Source of the DNA: an uncultured Planctomycetia bacterium
GTDB taxonomy: Bacteria > Omnitrophota > Gorgyraeia > Duberdicusellales > Duberdicusellaceae
DNA length: 64,000 nucleotides
Direction of reading: 5' to 3'
Assembly (NCBI GenBank): GCA_964634935.1
Contig: CAZWJT010000001.1
Span: forward strand, 95,480 to 159,479
Position 1 is the first letter of the stretch. Each line of letters begins with the position of its first letter. The notes beneath the pieces were generated by a model. That model saw only the letters and a list, made by a program, of their open reading frames with translations. It did no database searches and was not told the origin of the DNA. This document shows positions 19,279 to 27,547 of the stretch, one piece after another. The translations under genes were made by a program, and so were the position numbers.

Positions 19279-20676
19279 TTATTTGTTTCGCAAAAGATCT
19301 TCAAAAAGTTTTACTGATCCTGAATCAGCAGGAAGTGTTTCTTTCATCTTTTCCAAACACCGCGAAGCTTCAGAAATATTTTCACTGAAAAAAGCACACC
19401 GTCCGTATACAAAATAAAGATTGTTCAAAGTCCGCTCTAAGGTTTTTGCATACACCTCATCTGAATAACTCAAATACCGCTTATATAAATTCGCAAACTT
19501 AGCTACTCCTCCTGCTGATTCCATAAGCTGTATGCCTTCAGAAGCCATTCGGCTTGCCGATATAAAAGCTTCATCTGGACTTCTTTTGTGGACCGATGCA
19601 TCATGTACTTGACGCATGAAATCGGTGGCGTAATACGATAAAAAACTAACACAAAACAGATATCTTTCAAAACACCGTCGTTCTTCGAGATTGCGACAAC
19701 TATCAGATATTCTGCGTAAAGAATTATATTGGTCTTGAGAAGATTGCATCGATACTACATCCCAAAAAGCAAGGTCCTCATCCTGTTTTGCATAAAAATC
19801 CTGTAACCCCAAATCTTGTCTTGATTGGAGCAACACCCGGACATCCCTTGCACTTACTGCAAAATTCATATTTTGGACTGCAACCCGCTCATTACCAAGG
19901 AGCGTTTGAGTAACTACTCCTACGACTAAACCTCTCATATCAAACAAGGGACCGCCGCTGTTTCCTGAAGAAATCGGACAGGTAAATTGGAGTAAATTAC
20001 GAATCATCCCGCTTTGTTTTCCCGAAAATATTCCGTCAGAAATTGAATATTCATAACCCATGGGATTTCCTATAACAAATGCTTTTTCTCCGGGTTCGAC
20101 AACGCTATCGTCCTCTAGCTGAAGAAACGGGAGATTATCAGATGAATCTATTTTTAGAATACACAAATCTTTTAGCAGGCTATAAGATACAATACGCGTG
20201 GGAACATACTCCTGCCCATTCTTCATCTTAACCATAATATCTCTTGCTCCAGCAACAACATGGTAGTTGGTCACAATAAGTCCAGTTTTGTCTATGAAGA
20301 AGCCTGAGCCAGTCATCGGTCCATCGGAAGTCGTAGCCTGAATAAACACAACTGCCGGAGAACTCTCTTTAAAAATCTGGGCTGCGGTTTTTTCTCCAAT
20401 GCTTGATGTACTCCTGCTTGAAGAAAAATCTATGGTTGTCTTAGGCAGAGCATTAAACTCAGCTATCTCATCGCGGTAGTAGGTAACAGAAATTCCTTGG
20501 ATATTTATCTTAATATATTCTTCGGTTTGTTCGATAATTTTTCCTTCAATTCGCCTGCCGGATTTAAGTATAAGGGTATCGGCAAATGCCGCAAAACAAC
20601 AACATAAAAAGAACACACTGCTTACAATACTCACTCCATTGCAAGGTATGCGTTTTAATTGAGAAAAACTGATCAT
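19279..20676 (-). CDS. trypsin-like serine protease (S1C/DegP-like catalytic domain, no PDZ) with N-terminal signal anchor and C-terminal helical domain
   Basis: Catalytic triad context: TNYHVV (His), LKDLCILKI (Asp), GNSGGPLF (Ser). The roughly 170-aa C-terminal region has no PDZ-like GLGI pattern. Start trimmed to the internal Met before the hydrophobic anchor. Confidence 0.7.
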   Translation of the reverse strand: MISFSQLKRIPCNGVSIVSSVFFLCCCFAAFADTLILKSGRRIEGKIIEQTEEYIKINIQGISVTYYRDEIAEFNALPKTTIDFSSSRSTSSIGEKTAAQIFKESSPAVVFIQATTSDGPMTGSGFFIDKTGLIVTNYHVVAGARDIMVKMKNGQEYVPTRIVSYSLLKDLCILKIDSSDNLPFLQLEDDSVVEPGEKAFVIGNPMGYEYSISDGIFSGKQSGMIRNLLQFTCPISSGNSGGPLFDMRGLVVGVVTQTLLGNERVAVQNMNFAVSARDVRVLLQSRQDLGLQDFYAKQDEDLAFWDVVSMQSSQDQYNSLRRISDSCRNLEERRCFERYLFCVSFLSYYATDFMRQVHDASVHKRSPDEAFISASRMASEGIQLMESAGGVAKFANLYKRYLSYSDEVYAKTLERTLNNLYFVYGRCAFFSENISEASRCLEKMKETLPADSGSVKLFEDLLRNK

Positions 20677-20692
20677 AAAATTTGTCCGTACA

Positions 20693-21346
20693 TTATCTGG
20701 TTTTTTTGATTTCTTTCTGATACTCAAAATAAGAATACGCGATGACAGAAAATCCAACCAACAGCAAGGGAATAGTTATGAAAAATAAAGCATAATCAGG
20801 GAAAAACAACCCCACAAGCATTCCTGCCCCCGCCTTCTTAAATAACCGCGCTCCAAGCTTATGGGTTTTCTCCCAAACTACATCACTCTGCAATGTCCAA
20901 GGCGTTCTAATGCCGGCGATTGCGTTACGTTGTATCTCGGCACAAAAATTACCCATGAGAAACGAAAACAATGAAAACCAAGCGCACACTATTAACCCTA
21001 TGTGCATAAAAAATCCTTTATTGCTCAAAAGTACGAACAGATGCATGCTCAAAAAGAAAAGCAGAAATAATACTGTAAAATTATCGTAATGTTTCTGGTA
21101 GAGCGCAAGTCCAAACCGAATGCGTTTTATCCGCGGCAGGATAAGAAATATAAACACCTGAATAAACATAAAAATGGGCATGAAAAATAAACCAAAGGAT
21201 TTGTTGACATATCCGTCTATTTCTCCTCTGATATTCCAGTGAGAAGCAACACAGTCAGGCAACTGAGGATAGAGATAGAAACTGGCCAGCAACGAGCCAA
21301 CGGCCATTACAAGAAGAATACTTTCGCTTTTGCGTAGTTTCATCAT
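20693..21346 (-). CDS. SdpI/YhfL-family membrane protein with DUF1648-like N-terminal segment
   Basis: Four to six TM helices, an HWNIRGEIDGY motif (DUF1648-like), and IRTPWTLQSDVVWEKTHK typical of the SdpI immunity-protein family. Confidence 0.55.
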   Translation of the reverse strand: MMKLRKSESILLVMAVGSLLASFYLYPQLPDCVASHWNIRGEIDGYVNKSFGLFFMPIFMFIQVFIFLILPRIKRIRFGLALYQKHYDNFTVLFLLFFLSMHLFVLLSNKGFFMHIGLIVCAWFSLFSFLMGNFCAEIQRNAIAGIRTPWTLQSDVVWEKTHKLGARLFKKAGAGMLVGLFFPDYALFFITIPLLLVGFSVIAYSYFEYQKEIKKTR

Positions 21347-21443
21347 TTTTGACGCTTGTATCTGAAATGAAAAGTTCTTGGCAAAACCCTGCTCGCTGTA
21401 AACCTCTCACCCCAGGTAAAAGAAATTTTCTGCATGGGTAGAT

Positions 21444-21534
21444 TGGCGGAGGGGAAAGGATTCGAACCCTCGGTCCCGGCAAGCGGGACAACGGTTTTCA
21501 AGACCGCCGCTTTAAACCACTCAGCCACCCCTCC
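21444..21534 (-). tRNA. tRNA-Ser (anticodon UGA), 91 nt including an encoded CCA
   Basis: The reverse complement folds as a cloverleaf with a 7-bp acceptor GGAGGGG/CCCCTCC, anticodon loop CU-UGA-AA, a long variable arm (GTTGTCCCGCTTGCCGGGACC) typical of class II tRNA-Ser, T-loop GGTTCGAATCC, and a 3' CCA. Confidence 0.9.
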
Positions 21535-21671
21535 ATCAGAAAGAGCATCAAAAATCACTTAAAAATCATAAGAAAAAGTTTGTATCCATGGAACCAGGAA
21601 AATTTACGCTCAAAGATGCGATGATTATTGTATCAGATACAAGTCCGCAAAACAACATGCGTAATTCGCAC

Positions 21672-21890
21672 TTAACGCCGCTTCTTTTTTTTCCGTTCTT
21701 TACCCAACCAAAGAATCGCAAGTACCAAAAGATGTACGGGATAAAACAATAGAACAATAAGAGCAAAAACCTTATTCACTGAAACTGGCAAAATCTTGTA
21801 AAAGAAAAAACTAAGCAGAAGACTACCCAAAAAGATACCTGCCTCCCGCGCAATTTCTTGCTGAACTCTTCTGCTTCCTCTAGTTTTCAT
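21672..21890 (-). CDS. hypothetical small two-helix membrane protein with a poly-Lys/Arg C-terminal tail
   Basis: 72 aa with two hydrophobic helices, ending …KERKKKKRR. Its start overlaps the stop of the upstream HExxH membrane protein by 4 nt, suggesting translational coupling. Confidence 0.35.
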   Translation of the reverse strand: MKTRGSRRVQQEIAREAGIFLGSLLLSFFFYKILPVSVNKVFALIVLLFYPVHLLVLAILWLGKERKKKKRR

Positions 21891-22465
21891 TCCATATTCC
21901 TGGGTGATACTGCCATTTTATAGAGCACCCAACTACCCGCGATAAGACAAATAAGCATTGAAATACCAGCAAGCATGCGGAACAACAAAGAAAGTGTCCG
22001 ATCGTAGTTTAACAAGTGCATTGCTCCAAGCAAATAATTCCAATCGTGAACCACAAGAGTGCCGAATGGACTTACCAAGGGTAACTCCATTGCCCGAGCA
22101 TCTCCGACATACAGAGCAATGTAGAAAAAATTGGTTGAAAGCCAGCCAAAGCATAGAATGAGCGAGAACCAATCTTTCTGCCGAAAGAAATTAACCATTC
22201 CGAAGATTGGAGCAACGCATTGAGTAAAAGTCCCTCCCAAAACGTTCAGAAACATCCCACAATACATGAAAATAAGATGACCTAATTCGTGAATACCGAG
22301 ATTCAACGGACCAAGGACACTATTGTAAAAAGGATCAAGAAGATGCCGAACAAAAGTATACCCAAAAAAAACTAAGAATGGAAGACGCGCGATCCAATTC
22401 CTGCCTTGGCACCACGCTTCCATCTCGGCTTTTAGTACAGAAAAAAAATGCAACATTGTTTTCAT
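21887..22465 (-). CDS. polytopic membrane protein with intramembrane HExxH motif (putative zinc metalloprotease-like)
   Basis: 192 aa, about five TM segments, with HELGH embedded in a hydrophobic helix (PLNLGIHELGHLIFMYCG). No second M50 motif was identified, so the family call is uncertain. Confidence 0.4.
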   Translation of the reverse strand: MKTMLHFFSVLKAEMEAWCQGRNWIARLPFLVFFGYTFVRHLLDPFYNSVLGPLNLGIHELGHLIFMYCGMFLNVLGGTFTQCVAPIFGMVNFFRQKDWFSLILCFGWLSTNFFYIALYVGDARAMELPLVSPFGTLVVHDWNYLLGAMHLLNYDRTLSLLFRMLAGISMLICLIAGSWVLYKMAVSPRNME

Positions 22466-22526
22466 TATAAACCAAAAACCGACGAATAGAAATCATATTT
22501 GTCCGGACAGGAAAAAAAGAAAAGAA

Positions 22527-22970
22527 TTAAAATGCTGGATCATCTGACGTCTTTTTGGGGTTCACAGGAATCCAGTCCGCATTCAGCTGCACGGTTTTGG
22601 CATCGATAATATGATAGGTTCCAAACTGATATTGTATATCTTTCTTTACTTTTTTACTTTCGGAATCATGAGAAAAAACACATTCATTCCCTCCTTCGGT
22701 CTTCCAGAATCGGAATGTACCATCGGTTAGGAATTCATAATATTCTCCTTGCGTGCAAAAAAAACAAGGATAGCTCTGTGTGCACTTTTCCGGATTTTGC
22801 CAGATCCCTATGACCCAATTCGTTCGATGCTGTTTCTGCCCCTGTAATATACCATTCAAAAGCTTGCCGTCAGAAGAAACTTCCCATTGGGTAACTTTGG
22901 CAAAGCAAATCTGCATACCAAACAACCAAAAAAGAAAAAAGGCGCATTGTCTAGGTATTCTGGAATTCAT
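22527..22970 (-). CDS. hypothetical secreted Cys-containing protein
   Basis: N-terminal signal peptide (…FLFWLFGMQICFA), 147 aa, several Cys and Trp. No recognisable family. Confidence 0.35.
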   Translation of the reverse strand: MNSRIPRQCAFFLFWLFGMQICFAKVTQWEVSSDGKLLNGILQGQKQHRTNWVIGIWQNPEKCTQSYPCFFCTQGEYYEFLTDGTFRFWKTEGGNECVFSHDSESKKVKKDIQYQFGTYHIIDAKTVQLNADWIPVNPKKTSDDPAF

Positions 22971-23328
22971 GTCTCCTCCAAAAACTATAATATGTCAGTA
23001 TATACCAAAGTATACCTAGTACTATCTGGTATATACAGCGACTTGGAATAAAAAATAGGTAAATAGCATGATAGAAAGCACCATGCCATACGCAGGAAGA
23101 AAAACATACTTGATGTAGGACTCCTTGCAATACAATTCGGGTTTACGGATTTGCCAAAGAAACCCGTGCTTCCGTAGAAGGGTTATGGGATTTTGGAAGA
23201 CAGAAAAATCCTTTTTCCTAAAAAAAACCATGCAGAAAAGGTGCGCGAAGAAATTCGCCAGAAAAATGAGAAATATGCCAGAAAAAATTGTTTCGATTCT
23301 CATGTATACACTTGTGCAGAAAAACATC

Positions 23329-23710
23329 TGGTGGAGGTGCGGGGAATTGAACCCCGGTCCTTAAGTAAAATACTTAAAGTCCCTACGCGTGTAGCTTTCC
23401 TTTTAGCTTACTTAAGCCACCCCGGAAAGCAGGGTTGAACTTAAGGCAGCCTTTAAAATTTTTCCCTACCTTCAAAGGCTAACCAGGTAAAGATGAGCCT
23501 GTGCTTTAACCCCCTATGCCTTCCAGGCAAAAGACACAAGGAGCCCTACTAGTTTACTAAACAGGTAGGAGTTAACCCCATAGGAGCTACAAAAGGAGTA
23601 GCCCCAGTAAACATTGGAGTTGCGTTTAGATTTTCGCAGCTGTTTTGCCAGTGGCTGCGGCTGGACGCGCAACCTTAAGCTTTTTGCTTAAGTCGAATCC
23701 GATCACCCCC
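23329..23710 (-). ncRNA. ssrA: tmRNA (ssrA), about 382 nt
   Basis: The reverse complement starts GGGGGTGATCGGATTCGAC… and ends …GGACCGGGGTTCAATTCCCCGCACCTCCACCA (tRNA-like domain with T-arm and CCA). A candidate resume codon GCA sits 5 nt after an upstream UAA, as in the conserved UAGUC-GCA arrangement, and the open frame ends in tandem TAG TAG. Confidence 0.85.
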
Positions 23711-23801
23711 GAATTATAAAAGAGCAATTCTAGTGCAAATATACCATAGAATAATAAAAATATCAATTCCTTGAAGACACCGTCAGGCAGAAAAGAAAAG
23801 A

Positions 23802-24170
23802 TTACTGTTTGGCAAGAATATCTTTAATCGTTGCGACAAGCGCAGCAGCATCAAAAGGCTTTGAAAGATATGCGTCAACTCCCAACTTCAAGACTTTTTC
23901 TTTGTATTCAGGATTTTGCATTCCGGTAAGCACAACGATCGGGATAAATCGCGTTTGGTTAGAAAGCCTAAGGTTCTCTAAAACACCAAGTCCACCACCG
24001 CAAGGAAGCATAAGATCAAGAATAATAAGATTCGGTTTTTCTTTGTGGGTAGACTCAACACCCAAACAAGCATCTGTCGCGATAACGACTTCAAACCCCT
24101 CCGCGGTAAGACGCTTGGAAATAATCTTCCCGATATCAGGATCATCTTCAATAATCAATATTTTATTCAT
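23802..24170 (-). CDS. single-domain response regulator (CheY-like receiver)
   Basis: 122 aa: IIEDDPDIG…, phospho-acceptor region IILDLMLP, and conserved T/K (VVLTG…YLSKP). Confidence 0.8.
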   Translation of the reverse strand: MNKILIIEDDPDIGKIISKRLTAEGFEVVIATDACLGVESTHKEKPNLIILDLMLPCGGGLGVLENLRLSNQTRFIPIVVLTGMQNPEYKEKVLKLGVDAYLSKPFDAAALVATIKDILAKQ

Positions 24171-24236
24171 TGCTCCTACTGCATTTTACTGTTTTATGTT
24201 TATTGTAGCATAAAAAATAAGTAAAAAAATATTTTT

Positions 24237-25364
24237 CTAACGCTTTCTTAAATCAAGCGGCAGAATCACAGTAAACGTTGACCCTTTTGAAACTTTACTT
24301 TCAACAAAAATCTCACCGCAATGCAATTTTACAATATTGTAGCTGATCCATAAACCGAGCCCGGAGCCTTCTCCCTGGGAAGGAATGCTCTGAAACTGGT
24401 TAAAAAGCTTGGTTATAAACTCTTCGCTAATACCACAGCCTGTATCCCGAACAATGATCTTGAGAAAAGCATTGTAGGAAGTATAGGAGACTTCTACCTC
24501 TCCGCCTGCAGGGGTAAACTTAAAGGCATTACCGAGAAGATTGAGCAAAACCTGGATAATCTTTTCCTGGTCACACCAAATTTCGATTATTTCAGAGGAA
24601 GCGTTGGTCCGAAAATGGATATTTTTCCGCTCAGCCAGAGGACAGGATTCCTCGAGTACCCGCGCGAATAGCTCGGAAAAATTTACCTTTTCTCGCTTCA
24701 AAGTCATCATGCCTGATTCAATCTTTGCAATATCCAAAAGACTATTGATGAGCGCGGTTAACCGAGTAATGACGCCAAGCATAGAAGTAAGCACTTCTTT
24801 CTGCTGGGGTAAAACAGCCCCCTCAAGTTCATCGCGTAAGTTTTCTGTGTAACCTTTGATTACAGTCAGAGGGGTGCGAAATTCATGGGCGACCGTGTTT
24901 ACAAACTCAGTCTTTGCCTGACTAATCCGACTCAATTCTTTGTTTTCGCCGACTATTTTCTGCCAGAGAATGCGGTTATCTTTGATCAACTGCGCTCGCT
25001 CTACGGCGCCTTTCAATGCGAGTGTAAGAAGCTCCAAATGACCCATATCCGGTTCTTTGATCAAATAATCAAAAGCCCCTTGCTTAATGGCCTCAACAGC
25101 AATCTTTTCGCTCCCTTGACCAGTGAGGATAATTGCCGGGAGTTCCTCCGGGCGGATCTTCTGATAAATTTGACCCATCACATCAAGCCCAACCGCATCA
25201 GTAAGGAAATAATCAAGAAGCATAGCGTCATAGGTCTCTGCCCATGCTTTCTCCAGGGCTTCTTGGCCTGAAGAAGCGACAATAACTTGAATATTTTCTG
25301 ACTCCAGCCTTTGCTTTACAAGGTACTGCTGGCCTGGATCATCTTCAACCAACAAAACTTTCAT
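24237..25364 (-). CDS. hybrid response-regulator / histidine kinase (REC-HisKA-HATPase_c)
   Basis: N-terminal REC (LLVEDDPGQQ…MLLDYFL…ILTGQ), H-box VAHEFRTPLTVIKGY, N-box NLLGNAFKFT, G-boxes DTGCGI / GSGLGL. Confidence 0.8.
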   Translation of the reverse strand: MKVLLVEDDPGQQYLVKQRLESENIQVIVASSGQEALEKAWAETYDAMLLDYFLTDAVGLDVMGQIYQKIRPEELPAIILTGQGSEKIAVEAIKQGAFDYLIKEPDMGHLELLTLALKGAVERAQLIKDNRILWQKIVGENKELSRISQAKTEFVNTVAHEFRTPLTVIKGYTENLRDELEGAVLPQQKEVLTSMLGVITRLTALINSLLDIAKIESGMMTLKREKVNFSELFARVLEESCPLAERKNIHFRTNASSEIIEIWCDQEKIIQVLLNLLGNAFKFTPAGGEVEVSYTSYNAFLKIIVRDTGCGISEEFITKLFNQFQSIPSQGEGSGLGLWISYNIVKLHCGEIFVESKVSKGSTFTVILPLDLRKR

Positions 25365-25378
25365 AAATTGCTCCTTGT

Positions 25379-27547
25379 TTATAAATTCAATTTCTTAGGT
25401 ATGGTAAAGTAAAATTTTGTCCCGCTGTCCGGCTCTGATTCAACCCAAATATTCCCACCCTGGGAAGTAACGATCTTTTTTACGATTGTAAGCCCCATGC
25501 CCATCCCTGCTGCAACCTGAGGTTCGAGGCGTTGAAACACTTGAAAGATACGATGAAAATTTTTGGGGTGAATTCCCTTGCCGTTATCTTTTACAAAAAA
25601 CTTGTATTCAGAAAAAAGCTCTTCGCAGCCAACTTCGATTATTCCCCCTGTTGGTTTATCCATATACTTTATGGCATTATCAATAAGATTGGTAAAAATT
25701 TCATTCACCCTTACTTCATCGCCGACGATACTGGGTAACGGATGAATAACCAATTGCAACTTTTTTTCTTGAAGTGCATGCGACAAGAACTTACTGATAC
25801 TTGTGAGGTTTTGGTTTAAATCTATCTTATTTTCAGCACGAGGCTCCGTGGTCACCCGCGAAAGCTTCAGGAGACTCTGCACCAAAAGGCTTATTTTCTT
25901 AATACCTTCATCAATAAAAGAAAAATATTCCGATGGTGTCTTCCCAGCAGTCTCCCCTATAGTACCCAAAGTTTCTTTTATTTTATCGCTAAAACCCTTA
26001 ATATTCATAATCGGAGCCTTCAGATCGTGCGAGACGATATAGGTAAAATTTTCCATCTCTTGGTTTACGTCTTCCAGTTTTTTGTTCAAAATCTCCATCT
26101 CGCGAGCGCGCTTCTCAAAGCGGAGGTCTCGAGCTATTAAAACCATTTCTTGCCGTTCGTTCTCGGTGCTCGTTATTTTTTTACCGTTTACGTTCACCGG
26201 GATATATTCTTTTTGCTTTGAAAGAAAAAATAAATCCTTGTCGACAAAGCAATCCTGCCGAAAAAGACCTTCGAGTTCTTTTTTATCTTCATCAAGAGAT
26301 AAAGAATTTCGGATATTGAGAAAGGAGAAAACCGACTGCCCCACCACTTCTATATTCTCATAGCCTAAAAGACGGAGAAAAGCTCCGTTCACAATCCGAA
26401 CAGTAAAGTCTTTGTCAAAAACCAGCAAGGCTTCAAGCATGTTTTCGATAATACCTTTGAGTGATTCGTTTGACTGACGGAGGTTTTTTTCCGAATAGGA
26501 CAGCTCCATTGCCATTCGATTAAAGTTCTGGGCAAGCTCTCCGATCTCATCCCGAGTTCCGATCTCAACCGCTTCAGGAACTTCTCCTTTTGCGAGCGCC
26601 TTGGTTTCTTCAGAAAGAATTCGTAAGGGTATGGAGATACGACGGGAAAAAATAATACCAATGGAAGCCGCGGCAATCGAAAGAAAAATGAGCACAACAA
26701 CGATAAGGGTTAAAGCATTCTTTTCCGCCTGGATAATACTATCAATGGGAATGCTGATAACGCACGCCCCCTGAGCACGCCCATCCTCATCTTTCAAGGG
26801 CACAACTTTTGATTCAAGTAAAAAACCTCCTTCGAGATCAACTCGAACATTCTTAATCTCATCCTCAACCTTCTGACCCTGGTATACATACGATGCTTCA
26901 CCAAGATACGGCACGCGATTACCCTGACTATCAGCGATGCTCGTCGCAACCATCTTTTTGTGAAAAACAAAACTTATGTCTACGCCGGATATCGATTTGA
27001 TATAGTCGGCAATCACGTGGTCAATGACTTTTTCTAAAACCAATTTTTCAAAAAGCGGCGCCTGTTCTACAGAAAGACTGATTTCCTCGCGTAAATACAA
27101 AGAAGATCCCGCGGCAAAGATATCAATCTTTTGATTGTTTTTGTCCGCCGGCAACAACAGGGCAAGCTTTTGTTCATCTTTTTTTATCCCATAGAGGGTT
27201 TCCCTCTGGGGTCCGTAAAAACTTCCGTCTTTGGCAATAAAATAAATTTTTGTGAGCGCTAATTCAGTTTTCTTCAGCGCAAGAATTTGTTCCAGAAAAT
27301 CTGTTTTCGCTGTCCGCAAATATAAAACAATGTCCGGATCTTTCAGTAGTGACTCACCTTGCGTACGAATCGTCTGGCGGTAGTCAACAAGCGTATTCAA
27401 GGCAACCCTCGAGGCAAAAACAGCCTTATCATCAAGAATGCCAAACATCGTTCTACTCACAGTCTTAAGGGTGATCAACCCAACAAAAAATGGTGGAATA
27501 AGCGCAATGCCAGCTAAAAGAATCGGCAGCTTATGGCGTATTCTCAT
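25379..27547 (-). CDS. transmembrane sensor histidine kinase (periplasmic sensor-HAMP-PAS-HisKA-HATPase_c)
   Basis: Two TM helices flank a roughly 260-aa extracytoplasmic domain. A HAMP-like linker, a PAS-like segment (IIENMLEALLVFDKDFTV…), H-box SHDLKAPIMNIKGF, N-box NLIDNAIKY and G-boxes DNGKGI / GMGLTIVK follow. Confidence 0.8.
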   Translation of the reverse strand: MRIRHKLPILLAGIALIPPFFVGLITLKTVSRTMFGILDDKAVFASRVALNTLVDYRQTIRTQGESLLKDPDIVLYLRTAKTDFLEQILALKKTELALTKIYFIAKDGSFYGPQRETLYGIKKDEQKLALLLPADKNNQKIDIFAAGSSLYLREEISLSVEQAPLFEKLVLEKVIDHVIADYIKSISGVDISFVFHKKMVATSIADSQGNRVPYLGEASYVYQGQKVEDEIKNVRVDLEGGFLLESKVVPLKDEDGRAQGACVISIPIDSIIQAEKNALTLIVVVLIFLSIAAASIGIIFSRRISIPLRILSEETKALAKGEVPEAVEIGTRDEIGELAQNFNRMAMELSYSEKNLRQSNESLKGIIENMLEALLVFDKDFTVRIVNGAFLRLLGYENIEVVGQSVFSFLNIRNSLSLDEDKKELEGLFRQDCFVDKDLFFLSKQKEYIPVNVNGKKITSTENERQEMVLIARDLRFEKRAREMEILNKKLEDVNQEMENFTYIVSHDLKAPIMNIKGFSDKIKETLGTIGETAGKTPSEYFSFIDEGIKKISLLVQSLLKLSRVTTEPRAENKIDLNQNLTSISKFLSHALQEKKLQLVIHPLPSIVGDEVRVNEIFTNLIDNAIKYMDKPTGGIIEVGCEELFSEYKFFVKDNGKGIHPKNFHRIFQVFQRLEPQVAAGMGMGLTIVKKIVTSQGGNIWVESEPDSGTKFYFTIPKKLNL

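Noticed and set aside
21255-21558. Minus-strand ORFs 21255..21491 and 21343..21558.
   Set aside because: They overlap the tRNA-Ser gene. The tRNA cloverleaf is unambiguous.
23022-23327. 101-aa minus-strand ORF starting 2 nt after the tmRNA 3' end.
   Set aside because: A CDS initiating immediately at the processed 3' end of ssrA on the same strand is implausible. The composition is a low-complexity hydrophobic run with no family resemblance.
23125-23438. Two plus-strand ORFs (23125..23364 and 23193..23438).
   Set aside because: They lie entirely within or over the tmRNA gene and its 3' flank. The tmRNA call explains the conservation-like sequence, so these are antisense artefacts.
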